Shown piece by piece: positions 22,400-35,175 of a stretch of 64,000 nucleotides of DNA. This DNA comes from Rebecca billardiae RCC1528 (taxonomy: Eukaryota; Protista; Haptophyta), in NCBI GenBank assembly GCA_965240325.2, contig OZ251222.1, positions 248,001-312,000 of the forward strand. The letters run 5' to 3'. The number at the start of each line of letters is the position of its first letter. Positions within the stretch are counted from its first letter, which is position 1. A model generated the notes under the pieces. It saw nothing but the letters and a program-made list of their open reading frames with translations. It made no database searches and was not told the origin of the DNA. Position numbers and translations under genes: made by a program.

Positions 22400-23816
22400 A
22401 TGGGGTACGGGGGTGGCGGGGGTGGCCGAGGCGGCACGCTCCCCCGCATCCGCTTCCACCCGGCGACTCGGCCGGACCGGCTGGTCGTCGACCCGAACCG
22501 CGTCACGAAGTACAAGCTCATCGGCGACGGCGCACGCGCCGAGGGCGCACACGGCGGCGCGGCCAGCGGCGCCTCTGGGGCCGCGATGGACAGCGCCGAG
22601 GCCGACAGCGCGGGGAACGGCGAGCTGAACCTCCCTCGCTCGTCCTGGCTCTTCCCCCCCGACGAGCTCGCGGCGATCTCGCGTTGGCGCGAGATGCGGC
22701 GCGTGGGCGCCGGTCTGAAGAACCTGGGCAACACGTGCTTCCTCAACTCGGCGCTGCAGTGCCTGACGTACACGCCGCCGCTCGCGAACGCGTGCGTGCA
22801 GGCGCTCCACTCGAAGCGCTGCGACGCCGCCGGCCTGTGCGTGTACTGCGAGGTCGAGAAGCACGTGTGCCGCGCGCTCTCGTCCGCGCAGCCGATCGCG
22901 CCGCACACGATCGTCCGGAACCTGCGCGTGATCGCGCGGCACTTCAAGGCGGGGCGGCAGGAGGACGCGCACGAGCTCACGCGGTACATGATGGACAAGA
23001 TGCAGGCCGCCGCGCTCCGGGCCGAAGGCCTCGGCGGCACGGGCGCCGGCGGCGCGCCCGGCCGAGCGCCGAGCGCGGCCGAGCACGCGCTCGGCCGCAC
23101 GACGCTGCTCGCGCAGGTGTTTGGAGGCCAGCTGCGCTCGCAGGTGGTGTGCGCGGGGTGCGGCGCGGCGTCGGACACTTTCGACCCGGTGATGGACCTC
23201 TCGCTCGAGCTGAACCGCGCCACGTCCGTCCACGCCGCGCTGCGCAAGTTCACCGCCGCCGAGGTGCTCGACGGGCGCAACGCGTACAAGTGCGGCGCGT
23301 GCGCCAAGCTCGGGCGCGCGCGCAAGCGGCTCACGGTGCACCGCCCGCCGCTCGTGCTCACGCTGCAGCTCAAGCGGTTCGGCTTCGGCTTCGGCGCGCG
23401 CGCGCGCGGCGGCAAGATCAGCGGCCACGTCGCCTTCGACGAGACCCTCGACCTCGCCCCGTACACCTCCGCCGGCCCGCGCGCGCCCGTGCCGTACTCG
23501 CTGTACGCCGTGCTGGTGCACGCGGGCGCGGGCGTGCACTCGGGCCACTACTACTGCTACGTGAAGGCGCCGTCGGGGGTGTGGTACCGCATGGACGACG
23601 ACCGCGTCGCGCAGGTGGGCCTCGGCTCCGTGCTCAAGGCGCACGCGTACATGCTCTTCTACATGCGCAGCGCCACGCCGCCGCCGGCAGCGGGCGCGCA
23701 CTCCCTCGCGCACGCCGAGCCCGCCGGGCCGGCGCCGCCGCCCGCGCCAGGGGCCGCCCAGCTGCGCGAGGCCGGGCCGCGCGAGGCCGACGGGCGCCGC
23801 GGTGCGGAGAGCGGCA

Positions 23817-23914
<98 letters not shown>

Positions 23915-23926
23915 TACGTGCCCGGA

Positions 23927-24005
<79 letters not shown>

Positions 24006-25350
24006 ATGCCGACGAGCACCGTGGCGGCTCTGCCGACGACAGCGACGTCGCCGTGCTCGGCTCTGAGCGCGAGAGCGAGGAGGAGGAGGAGGACGAGGGG
24101 TGGCTCCCGCCCGGCCGGCCGCGCGAGGAGCGCGGCCGCGCCCCGCGCCCCGCCCGCGGTGCGGCCGCCGAGCGCTCGATGCGGCTGGCGATGGTGGCGC
24201 GCGCCCTCGCCAGCGAGGGCTTTGATCTCCTTCGCTCGCGCCCACTCGGACTGCACCTGCGCGGCGCGGCGGCGGGGCCGGCCGGGCGTGGTGGCGCGCG
24301 GGGCGCGGGGCGCGGGGCGGGCCTCCGGCTCTCGCGCTGCGCGGCTGGGCAGCTGCGATGGCGCGCTCTCGGCGCGGGGCACGCCGCGCTCCGCCCGGCG
24401 GCGCGCAGCACGCCGCGCGCACCGCGCACAGCGCGCCCGCCAGGGCCTCCGCTCCCGCCGCGCGCCGCGGCGGCGCTGGCAGCCTCGGCCACGGCTCAGC
24501 CTGAGACCGAGCGCAGGGGCGGGCGGCAGCAGCCCGCTGCGGCTCGGGCGCACCCCGGGGCTGCGCCCGGGGCAGCGCAGCCGCCGCGCACGGGCGCCTC
24601 TGCGGAGATGCTGCCACCCGGCGCGCTGCCGAGCCGCCCAGGCGAGGCGAGGGCAGCGGCGGCGGCTGCTCGAGCGCAGCCGCCCGGCGCGGGCGCAGCC
24701 GCCGAGCCACGACAGCCGCGGCCGCAGCAGCCGCGGCCGCAGCAGCCGCAGCAGCAGCAGCCGCCGCCGAGTGACTCGGCTGCGGGCACTGGGGCCGAGT
24801 GGGTGCCGTACGCGGTGGCGCGGGGCGCGGACGGCGCAGGTGGCGGGGGGCGGCCGTCGGCGACTGCGTCACTGCAGTTTGGCTCGGGCGTTGGTGCGCC
24901 TCGCGCCGCGCGCACGCGCCTCGCGCCGCGCAGGCCGCGCGCGACCCGCGCGTGTGCGTGCGCGCGCGCAGCAGTCAGGCGGCTCACGCCCAGCGCGCAC
25001 TGCGCACGCACGCGCACCGCCCGCCGCCTGCCCGCTGCCACCCGCAGGCCTGTGGGAGGAGCACGCCGCCGACGCGGTGCGCGCGACGCAGGAGAAGCAG
25101 CTGCGGGCGCTTATGCAGCAGAGCGGTGCGCCGCCGCGCGCACCGGGCGTGCCCTCCGCACGCGCGCGCCGCCAGCGCGCCGCTCAGCGCACGGCGCGCG
25201 CCGCCCCGTGCACACCCGCTCGCAGGCGCCATCCGCAAGAAGCGGCGGCGCGACGACATCGAGTACGACCGCGGCCGGACCAAGAAGCTCAAGCCGAAGG
25301 GGCCATCGTCCAAGTCGCCGTATCGCTTCGGCCAGGCGGCGCCCAGCTGA
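22400..25350 (+). CDS. USP36: Ubiquitin-specific protease, USP36/USP42 (UBP23)-like, join(22400..24893,25048..25125,25226..25350)
   Basis: Cys box GLKNLGNTCFLNSALQCL, QEDAHE, His box HSGHYYCYVK and AYMLFY. The spliced C-terminus DDIEYDRGRTKKLK resembles the USP36-family tail. Two phase-1 introns. Confidence 0.85.
23819..23995 (+). repeat. (GAC)31 and (GAC)23 trinucleotide tracts encoding poly-Asp within the USP gene
   Basis: Pure GAC runs at 23819-23911 and 23927-23995, separated by codons for EYVPG. Confidence 0.97.
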
Positions 25351-26098
25351 TGGCCGCCGCGTGCGGTGCCAGCGGTGCCGGCTGGCGGCAGCTCGCTCGA
25401 GGCGGGCGCCCCGGAGCCGGCGTGCTCGTCCTCGTGATGCGTGGGCGCCGGCTTCGATCTGGTGTTCTATGCCCGAGCCTCACGCCGTGGCGCCATCCTT
25501 CATCGGGCGCGCTTGCCACGCCTTGTGCCGCTCGAGCCGGTCGACGAACGCCCAGCGACGTGCTGCATGGGCAGCTGCGCCTGTCCGTCAGACACGGTCT
25601 GTGTGCGCACCGGGCCGCGCGCCCGGCTCATCAGCCGTGACACCACTGTGACGCGCGGCTGCTCCGGGTCGCCGTCATCATCGGCGCGGCCGCAGAGCGC
25701 CGAGAGCGTCATACGACCGCGCGCAGCATGCATCAGTGCAGATCGCGAATATAACTGCTGCACAGCAGCGCGCAGAAGTCGGCGGCGCAGTGAACTGAGA
25801 CTCGTATAGCCTATAATCGCACACGACGCGGGGCGACTGGACGTCATCATCATATCTGATTCTCGTCTGCGTTCCGCTACTAGGGCCTAGCGGCGCGCGC
25901 ATGCGCATATATATATCAGCGTAGTAGTGCTGATTAATATTATTATACTATTCGTCGTCGCGTTCATATTATCGTCATCATCGTCAGCGCTGCTGATGTC
26001 GACACTTGACCCGCCTCATGACGACATCCGCGTAAACCCACCGACCGAGCACGCGGGCGGCGGGCTGAGCGCCAGGCCGACGACGGCAGACTGGGCGC

Positions 26099-29000
26099 TC
26101 ACGCCGGCACGAAGGCGCGCAGCCCGTCGATGCCGGACGTGCGCCGGCACATGGCGCCAAACTGGCGCACGATCGCGTCGTGCCGCAGCGGCGGGCGGTG
26201 CGCCATCAGCTGCAGAAAGAGCGCCGCGCCCTCCTCGCCCGCGCTCGCCGTCGCCTGCTTGAGCGGCTCGCTCATCAGCGCCATCGAGAGCCACTGCGGC
26301 GTGTACCCCGGCCGCGCCTCCGCCAGCACGCGCACGAGCTCGCACTGGTGGTCGAGAAGGTTCTCCGGCGAGAGGGAGACCAGCCCTGCGCCACACACGC
26401 ACACGCGCGCGCGCGAGCGGCGTGGTGGGACGGGCGGGCGCGCGCGCGCGGCGCGTGTCAGCGCGCGCGGTGCGCCGTGGGCGTGGCTGTTGGCACGGCC
26501 GGCGGCACGGGACGGCTCGAGCCTGCTGCTGCTGCTGCTGCGCGCGCACCGAGCAGGCAGCTGCCTGCGATCTGCGAGCCGTGCGCGTCGAGCACGTGCG
26601 CGCGCGCCGCCGCGTCCGCGCCCTCGGCGCCGCCGTCGTCCGCCGCCGCCCGCTCGAGCAGAAGGCAGAGCATGGCGATGCACGCGCGCGTGTGCGTGAA
26701 CTCCTGGTGGGTGAGGCAGCGCGCGCTCGCGTCCAGCAGCTGGTGCAGGGAGCCGGGCGCGCTCGGCTCGGCCGGCAGCGAGAAGACCAGAGCCGCGCGG
26801 AACACCAGCGTCCGGTGCAGCTGCGTGGCGGCGCAGGCGCGTGCGCGCGCGTCGGCGCGCGGTCGGGGCGTCAGCGCGCTGTCAGGAGCGCTCGCGCGCA
26901 GGCGCGCGCGCGCTCGCTCCCCCGCCCCGCTCCCGCCGCGCAGTGTGTCGGCGCGGCTCGCTGGCTGGCGGGTCTCAGCCGCGCGCGCGCGCGCGCGCGC
27001 GACAGCGCCGCACCATCTCGAAGAACTCTCCCAGCAGCTGAGGCTCGCGCTCGGCTGAGCGGCTGCCGCCGCCGTCCGCGGCCGCGGCGGCCGCGAGGAC
27101 GGGAGTGCACACGGCGTCCGTCAGCGCGGCGAGCGCGGCGAGCATCGCGTCGCGCAGCTCCGGCGCGCCCAGCGCGGCGCCGAGCACCTCCACCGCCGAC
27201 CTGAACAGCTGCAGCGCGCCCGCGCACCGCGTCGCGCCGAACGCGTCCGTCGCCAGCCTGAGGACGGACGGCAGGTGGGGCGCGAGTAAGCCCTTGGCGC
27301 ACACGAGCGCGCGCGTGAGCACGTCGAGCAGCGCGTCGACAACGCCCACGTCCGAGCCGCACGCGGCGGGCACCTGCTCGAGCAGCGGCCACAGGTCGGC
27401 GACCACCGCCATCAGAGCGGTCGCCGGGTTGGGCGGCGCGCCGCCGCCCGCGCCCGCGCCGCCGCCCGCCGCCGCCGCCGCGGCCGCGGCCGCGGCGGCC
27501 GCTCCCGAGCTGAAGCGCAGTGAGATGCGTGAGCTGTCGGCATCGCAGAAGCGGATGGCGGCGGAGATCAGGCTGAGCTCGAGCGCGAGCGCCGCGCACA
27601 GCTCCGGCGCCGCGCCGCGCCCGTTCCGCGCCTGCGCCAGCAGCAGCTGCAGCTGCGCCGCGGGCGCTCGCACGAGCGCGCCCAGCAGCCGCGTCGCCGC
27701 CTCCGTGTCGCGCGCGCCGAGCACGCCCACCAGCCGGCCGAGACCCTCGACGATCGGCACGCGCGCGTCGTCGCCGCTCGGCCGGCCGTCGCACGCGACG
27801 AGGCGCGCGCCGCTGCCCACCAGCGCCGCCGTCGCGCCCACCAGCGCGCCCAGCACCGGCTCCGCCGCGAGGTGCGCCGTGCAGTGCGCGCACACGCTTC
27901 TGAACGCCTCAGCGCCTGCGAGCTGCAGCCGCGCAGCCTCCGACGCGCCGGCGGGCATCGGCCGTCCGGCGGTGGCGAGGGCGGCGGAGAGCTCGGCGGC
28001 GTCGGCGGCGCGCGGCGCGGCGGCGCCCGCGACGAACAGCGTGAACGACACCGCCGGCTCGATGAACGGCGTGCGCGACCTGAGCCAGAAGCCAAACATG
28101 CCGCTGAACGCCGCGGCCGCCGGCAGCAGGTGCCACTCGACGGGGGGCGCGCGGCCGACGCTGCCGCCGCCGCTGCCCAGCGCGGCCGCGCCGTCGGCGG
28201 CGGCGCCGTCGGCGAGGGCGGGGATGCCCTGGAGCAGCGTGAAGAGGTGCGCGAGCACCGCGTCGATCTGCGCCTTCTCCGTCGCCTTGTCCGAGCGCGC
28301 GTCGCCGAGCAACGCGCCCGCCTCGGCGCCGAGGTCGGGCGGGTGCGCGCGCTCCATGGTGGGCGTCGACGGCGGCGCGGACGGCGCGGACGGCGCCGTC
28401 GAGCGGAGCCGCGCCTTGAGCTCGACGTGTACGGCGACGAGGGCGAACGCGACGACCTCGGTGCGCCGCCACACGCCCGCCCACGCCGCCGCGCTCGCCG
28501 GCCGCTCGCCCGGCAGCATCGCGCTCAGCGCCACGGCGTAGCGCGCGCCGCCGACCGCGCCGAAGCAGCAGCCCAGCACCTCGGCCGCGGCCTGCTGCCG
28601 CCACTTTTCAAAGTCGCCGTCGTCCGCCTCGGGGTCGACGGCGCCGTCGTCGCCGACGGGCCACATGCACCGCTCGACGGTCACGCCGAGCAGCCGCTCG
28701 TACAGCGGCGCGCGCATGTGCTCCGCGCGCGCCGCCATCGGGATGTCCTGCAGCGCACTCCAGGCCTCTACAAGGTTGTCCGCCACGCGGTACGAGGGAT
28801 AGGCCATGCACTCGAGCATCAGGAGGGTGAGGGCCTGCAGGTGCTGCGCCTCGGCGGAGGCGCCGGCGGAGTTGCACGCGAGCGGGCGCGCCGCGCACGC
28901 GGCGAACTGCCCGAGCACCCGCGTGAACGCCGACGCCCACTCGTCGTCGTCCGCCGCGTCCGCCGCGGCCTCGCGCGCCGCGCGCTCGAGCCGGGGCCGG

Positions 29001-29902
29001 AGCGCGACGAGAGCGGACGCCACCCACGAGGCGAGCGCGACGTCGTCGGCGGTGGAGGAGAGGACGAAGGCGTCGATCGCGCAGAGCTCGCTCAGCGCGT
29101 CCGACGCGGCCACCGCCGTCGCGTCCTCGCCCAGCGCGCCGAGCAGCGCCGCCACCAGCTCCCAGTTGGCGCGCGCCAGCCCGTGCAACGAGAGCTGCTC
29201 GCGCGACGCGACCGCCCACGCGCGCAGACAGTCGAGCGCCGCGCGGCGCAGCTCGACGGAGGGCCGCGCGGCGGGCTGCTCGGCGGGCGGGACGAGGTGG
29301 CGCTGCACGTGCTGCGCCACGCTGCCCACGAACGGGGCGAGCTCCGCCGTGCCCACGAAGCCCATGCCGTTGGGCGCGCCGCCGCCGCCGCCGCCGCCGC
29401 CAAAGCCGCCGCCCGCATTCGCCAGCTGCTCGAGCTCGTCCGCGAGCGCGGCGAGGAGGGCGAGGGAGGCGAGGGCCCCACGCTCGCCGAGCTCGCCGCC
29501 GCCGATGCCCAGCGCCGTGCTCACGTACTGCCCCGCCGAGCCCGGCTGCTGCGCCGCCGCCGCGCCGAGCGCGATGCACAGCCGGCGCATGACGAGCGTG
29601 TCCGTCGGCGCGAGCTCACGCTGCACCTCGGCGTAGACGAGCTCGGTGAGGACCTGCAGCACGGGCCCGCGCGTCTCTTCGGGGATGGTGCGCCACTCCC
29701 GGCGCACCTTCGTGTGCAGCACATTCGCGCCGAAGAAGCGGATCTGCTGCGCGCTCGCGGGCGCGAGCACGAGCTCTCGGCAGACGTCCCACGCGCCCTG
29801 CGTCTCCGCAAACGCCATGAGCCACGTGTTCGCCGAGGCGCGCTGCGCCTCGTCGTCGCCGTACAGCACGCTGATCGCGCGCGCCACGTCGTCCGCCGAC
29901 AT
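26099..29902 (-). CDS. Importin-beta family karyopherin (transportin-3/importin-13/MOS14-like), join(27014..29902,26550..26820,26099..26385)
   Basis: IBN_N-type start (ISVLYG...ANTWLMAFAETQGAWDV...IRFFGANVLHTKVRREW) followed by HEAT-like helices. Two GT-AG introns restore the frame at the C-terminus. Confidence 0.8.
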
Positions 29903-30208
29903 CGCGCGGGGCGTCGGGCTGGCGCGAGGGCGCGTCGACGACCTGTCCGCGGGCGTGAGGCCCCAGCTGCGAACTCCGCACGCACCAGTTGGGCGCGCGC
30001 GCCCGGCTCGTGAGTCGCGATGCGCACCAGCGCTCAACGCGGCGTGCGCGGTGCCTGCCTGCCCCTCTGGAATTCGTCGTCGTGAGAAGGTCGTCGTCGC
30101 AAAATCATCCGCGCCAGCGCGGAAAAATGTTTTCCGGGGATATCGTCCGCGACGCGCGATGCCAATAACAGACGGCATCACGGCAAGAACCAAACAGCGC
30201 ACCTCAGC

Positions 30209-32518
30209 ATGGGCGGCGGCCGGGCGCCCGCGCGGGCGCCTCCGCCCTTCCTCGCCGCGGCGCCATCGAAGGCCGCAACGGCCGGCATCGGCGCGCGCGC
30301 ACACAGCGGACACTTTGAGCTCGCGCCGTCGCGCCAGCTTGCAGCGCTCTGGGTGCAGCTCGCGCACCCGCACGCGCGCGGCGACGACGTGGACCGCGAG
30401 TGCCAGCGCGCGCATGCAGAGATGGCGCAGGATGGCGGGCGGGCGCTGGTCAGCGACCTTTGCGCCCGGCTCGCCAACGCGATCGACTTCCAGCGCGACA
30501 TGGGCGGCTGGGTCTCCGCCCTCGCCGATGGCTACAGGAACGACACGCGCGCGCAGGTCGCCACTGCGGCCTCGCTCGCCGGCCGCGAGCGTCAGGTGCG
30601 CAAGGAGCGCGAGCGCGACCTGGACGAGGCGCGCACGGCGGTGTCGGAGCTGACCTCGCAGCGCGAGGCCGACCTCGACAAGGCGCGCGCCGCCCTCGCC
30701 GCGCTGCGCGCGGACAACGAGGCGCTCATCTCGCACGTGCGCGAGCTCGAGGCGCGGCTCGCGGACGGGCACGCGGACATGTGGCGCACGCGCGTCTCCC
30801 AGCTCACCGAGATGAGCCGCGCCGAGAGCGCGCTGCACGAGCGCGACATCGCGCAGATGGCCACGCGGAACGAGCGGCTGCAGAAGGCGTACCGCGCCGA
30901 GATGAGCGCGCACGAGGAGACCAAGCGCGAGCTGCTCGGCGCGAAGATTGCGGAGGCGAAGGCGGCCGCCGAGGCGGAGCGGCTCGAGAAGAAGCTGCTG
31001 GCCGCGACCAACGCCGCGCCATTCGTCGGGCTCAACTCGGCGTCGGTGATGGCGGGCGCGGCGCACAGCGCGGCACACGCGCCGGGCGCGACGCCCACCG
31101 GCTCGAATGTCGCGAGCGCCGGCTGGCAGCACGACGCTCACGCGCAGCGCGGCGGCTCGCCCTCGGCTGGCGGCGCGCGCGCGGCACGAGCTCCGCGGCC
31201 GGCCGCGCGGCCGCGCACGGCGGGGCACGCGCCGCCGCACGCGACGCCCTCCCCGCTGAAGCCGGCGCGCGCGGCCGGCGTGCCCGCCGTCGACGTGCAG
31301 TACACGCAGCGCAGCGACACCACCGCCACCGCCACGCCCGTGCGCCGCTCCGTGAGCTCCGCGCCCACCATCCGCGCCTCGACGGTGGGCGCGCATGCGG
31401 CGCCGGCCGGCGCTCACGGCCACGCGCTCAGCCGGCGGGCGGGCGTGGAGGAGGAGCCCGCGAGGCTTGCGGACGGGCCGGGTGGCGCGCGGCCGTCCAC
31501 GGCGAGGGCGGGCGCGCAAGGGGCCGCCGCCGGCGCCGCGCGCCAGCCGCACCTGCGCCCGCCGCCCGCCGGCGCCGGGCGCGTGGCCAATCTCGAGCGC
31601 AATCTCAACAGCCGCTTCTCGAGATTGACACGAGATCTGGATGCGGCCGCGCCGGGCGACGCGGCGGCGGGCGGCGCGACGACGGAGGCGCCGGTCTTGA
31701 CGCAGGCGTCGGCGATGCGCCAATCGGTCCCGAGCCCCGGCTCGTCCATGCGCCGGGCCCGAGGCGGAGGCTTCACCCCGTCCGTCACCTACGCCGAGGA
31801 CACCGCGCTCAGCCCGGCGGCGCGCGAGGGCGAGAGTGGCAGCGGCCGCGCCAAGCGCTCGAGCTGGCGGCAGACGCAGGAGAGCACGCCGGGATGGGGC
31901 TCGCCACCGGCCTCTCCCGAGCCGTCGCGCGCGGCCTCGCCGAGCCCGCACGCGATGGGCGGCGTGCGCAGCAATCCCGCGTGCCGCAGCGCGGTGGACG
32001 CCTCCGCCACGCCTGTGGCCCCGTCTCCGTCGGGCTCCGCCCCGGCCGCAAGCGCACAGGGCGGCATGCCGCTGCGGCGCGCGCAGTCGGCGGCGCCGCC
32101 CGCCCGCGCCTCCAACGCGTTTGCTGGCCTCACGACGACCGACAACACCGCGCTGCGGCGCGCGCACGAGCGCGCACTCGAGCAGGTCGCCGCGCTCCAG
32201 GCGCAGCTCGACGACGAGCGCTTCGAGTGCCGCCGGCTCGCCGGCGTGCAGCGCGTGCTGCAGGCGGAGGTAGACGAGCTGCGCGAGTCGCGCGCGCAGT
32301 TTGTGACCAAGTACCGGCAAGCGAGCGAAGGGATGCGCATGGCCGCCGGCCAGGCGGTCGCGTACGCCTCGCTGCAGCCCGCCGTGCCGAACAAAGCACC
32401 CGGCACTTCAGCACGTGCGGCGCCGTTGCAGGCTGCAAGCCCGACGCCGCAGGCGGACACCGCAGGCGCGGCTCCCACGCCGATGGGCGGCACAACGCTG
32501 CGCCGGAGCGTGTCGTGA
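30209..32518 (+). CDS. Uncharacterised coiled-coil protein with a low-complexity central region
   Basis: 769-aa ORF with heptad-rich E/R/A/L segments near both ends and coding-like codon usage. Confidence 0.65.
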   Translation: MGGGRAPARAPPPFLAAAPSKAATAGIGARAHSGHFELAPSRQLAALWVQLAHPHARGDDVDRECQRAHAEMAQDGGRALVSDLCARLANAIDFQRDMGGWVSALADGYRNDTRAQVATAASLAGRERQVRKERERDLDEARTAVSELTSQREADLDKARAALAALRADNEALISHVRELEARLADGHADMWRTRVSQLTEMSRAESALHERDIAQMATRNERLQKAYRAEMSAHEETKRELLGAKIAEAKAAAEAERLEKKLLAATNAAPFVGLNSASVMAGAAHSAAHAPGATPTGSNVASAGWQHDAHAQRGGSPSAGGARAARAPRPAARPRTAGHAPPHATPSPLKPARAAGVPAVDVQYTQRSDTTATATPVRRSVSSAPTIRASTVGAHAAPAGAHGHALSRRAGVEEEPARLADGPGGARPSTARAGAQGAAAGAARQPHLRPPPAGAGRVANLERNLNSRFSRLTRDLDAAAPGDAAAGGATTEAPVLTQASAMRQSVPSPGSSMRRARGGGFTPSVTYAEDTALSPAAREGESGSGRAKRSSWRQTQESTPGWGSPPASPEPSRAASPSPHAMGGVRSNPACRSAVDASATPVAPSPSGSAPAASAQGGMPLRRAQSAAPPARASNAFAGLTTTDNTALRRAHERALEQVAALQAQLDDERFECRRLAGVQRVLQAEVDELRESRAQFVTKYRQASEGMRMAAGQAVAYASLQPAVPNKAPGTSARAAPLQAASPTPQADTAGAAPTPMGGTTLRRSVS

Positions 32519-34071
32519 TGCCGAGCCGGGCCCAGCCAGTCGCTCAGTCGCAGCAGCCTCTGACTGCGTGCCGTGGCACCGCTGCTCGGAGAAAGTCTCG
32601 TCAGCGCATAAAGTACCGGAATCGGGCGTGCCGTGGGGCCCGTGCAGTAGCGGGCTAGCGGCCTGCGCGGAGCGAACTGCGAAGGCTGCGGCGCGGCCGT
32701 TACGGCGGCGCGGCGCGGTGCCGGGTCCGAGCGGGTCAGCCCACCGCGCCCGCCGCCGGGGCGGCCACGAGGCACGGCCACTCACGGGCCCGAGTGCCCG
32801 CGCGCGCGGCCGCGGATCCACTACTGGCACCGGTGTACTAACGGGCTCCAGCCAGTCCGAAGATGACTGAAGACAGTACCTCTGAAACCTGAAAGTCTGA
32901 AACCTGCGTCGTCCTGTCACCTGATGTGAATGCGGGCGTCACGGCGTGATTACACCGGGCCCGCCGTGCCCATATAGAGTAGGACCTGACAGGCGGCGCC
33001 GTCTCAGCGGAGTTCATCGCCGCCAGTGAGCCGCGGAGGCCAGGGTCCGAGCCGGAGTCGCGGAGCGGGCCCCGCCCGGCCCTATTGAAAGTAGAACATA
33101 GATATATATTAGATAATCAGCGACAGCCTGCGGGTCGCGCCGGCTAGCTAGCGCAGCTGCGCGACACGGGTCGATTTAAGAGTGTTCCACCGGTCACTCG
33201 TCAGCGGCCCGGTTAATCAATACTCGGCCGTCTGTGGCTGTCGCCACTCAGACTAGTCTACTACTCACTAGTAGCAAGTACGAAGTAGAGTTATCGGCGT
33301 CAGCTACACACAGAAGTCAGACAGGCGACAGCCACCGGGACTGTCCGGACTGGCCTGCCGACGGGGCGCAGTCTGAGTCTCGAGGGATCCGATCGTCTGA
33401 CGCCTGGCAAGAGTCAAGGCGCACTACTCGCACTAGCCTCGGACTACAAGGCATGCGGGACTGCCAAGGGCCTAATAACGACCCCTGGTGACAGGAGCGA
33501 AGGCCAGCTCCGTCAAAAGCACTCCAAACACGTCCGTCCGCAGCCGCCATCACGGCGACAGCCACAACCGTCGAAAGTCGTTCGGAGACTGATAAATTCT
33601 TGAGCAGTGAGATGCGATGAGAATTGGTATAGGATTCGAAGCGTTGGCCGATGGATGAACTGATGGGACGTGTCCACATTTCCTTCTTCGCGCGAGGGCG
33701 GGTAAAGCATTAAGCAACGATCCATAATGAAGAGGAGGAATCCAACCGGGGTCGGTCATTTCGCTCAGTGGCAAATGAGAGACTGCTTAAGGTGAGTTCC
33801 AAGAAAGGGCGCTCGCTTTGTCAACTAGACGCTTATGCTACCAGATTGTCATCAATGGTGTGGAATCGCACGGGGAACTTTGGGCGAAAGTGGACCTACG
33901 ACACGCCACGCCATTGGCTGATCATCACAAATCCGGAGTCCGGACGCGGCAGATCGCGAGCCCGGCTCCGTCTGGCAGCTTCGAGATCGGGAGCTCAACC
34001 CGGACGGCTGGACCCAGCCGCGTCAGAGATTGGATTTGTAGAGTGCAGGATCCATCTCTGACGAAACGCGC

Positions 34072-35175
34072 ATGAAAGCGATCACGTGCGTTGGCGTGGT
34101 GGTGCTTCAACCAAATAGACGCACTACGATGCTGCAGCCGCCTACCTCGAAGCCTGCACATCTCCCCGTGACCACCGTGCCCGCGCAGGGAGAGGATACG
34201 GTCCCCTTGCAGGACATGATCGACTCTCTGAACGACGACTGGTGGGTGCACTCCGTCGTCCCGCCGCAGAATGGGCGCCCGCGGGAGGTGAACCGCCCGC
34301 AGATGCCGGCCGATCAGTTGCGAATCGCACCCGGCCCGCCCAGCACGACGTGCCCCGTCCACTCGGCCGACCACGTATTGATCCAGCGGCCACGCGACTG
34401 CCAGGAGGAGTCGCAGCCCACGGCAAAGAAGCGGCGCTGCCAGTGGACCGGCGAGCTGCACGCCGCCTTCGAGGAGGCGGTGCGCAGAGCGGGCCCCAGG
34501 CCCACGCCGACGAGCGTGCACGCCGCACTCAACGTTAGCCACCTGAACCTCGACTTCGAGCTGACGGTGGGGATGGTGAAGTCCCACCTGCAGAAGTACA
34601 AGCTGGACTGCCTCTGCGCGGGGTCGGCCGGCACGGCCGCCCTCATCCCCGCCCCCGCCCCCGCCGCAGAGCCGCCCAAGCTGCGCGCCGCCGAGCGCGG
34701 CTCATCCTTCTCTCGAGCAGATTCGGAGCGCGACGGCCGCTGCAGCAGCGACAAGCGTTCGCGCGGCGAGCCGATCCTGATCACGCTGCTCGATGCGCAG
34801 GCGGCGATGGGGGTGCTCGTCCGCACCATCGGTGGCTATGCGCTCACCCTCGAATTCGAGAGTGACACAAACACACTCGTGCTGAAGGTCACGCCGCCGG
34901 CAATGTGCCCCGACCATCTCGCCGACTTCGGAATCACGACGCTGCCGCTCCTCGCCGACGCGAAGGTGAGCGCGGCGGGGATCGACGAGCTGAACTATGA
35001 GTTCACGCGCCGATGCGCGCTCTCGTGCACGCCGGCGTCGAGCTCACCCTCGGACTGGACGCAGCAGATGGTCTCTACCGGCGCAGGGGACAAGACCGTC
35101 CTCATCCTCATCCCCAAGCTCGATGGGCACTGCGTCCCGCCGGGCAGGCCCGCGGGCACGCCGCTCGTGTTGTGA
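34072..35175 (+). CDS. GARP/SHAQKYF-class Myb-like transcription factor
   Basis: KKRRCQWTGELHAAFEEAV...TPTSV...LTVGMVKSHLQKYKL. The start may be a downstream Met. Confidence 0.8.
   Translation: MKAITCVGVVVLQPNRRTTMLQPPTSKPAHLPVTTVPAQGEDTVPLQDMIDSLNDDWWVHSVVPPQNGRPREVNRPQMPADQLRIAPGPPSTTCPVHSADHVLIQRPRDCQEESQPTAKKRRCQWTGELHAAFEEAVRRAGPRPTPTSVHAALNVSHLNLDFELTVGMVKSHLQKYKLDCLCAGSAGTAALIPAPAPAAEPPKLRAAERGSSFSRADSERDGRCSSDKRSRGEPILITLLDAQAAMGVLVRTIGGYALTLEFESDTNTLVLKVTPPAMCPDHLADFGITTLPLLADAKVSAAGIDELNYEFTRRCALSCTPASSSPSDWTQQMVSTGAGDKTVLILIPKLDGHCVPPGRPAGTPLVL

Noticed and set aside
29903-32320. N-terminal ~800 aa of the 1781-aa ORF 26975..32320
   Set aside because: Antisense read-through of the coiled-coil gene. 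The karyopherin domain begins at the ATG at 29902.
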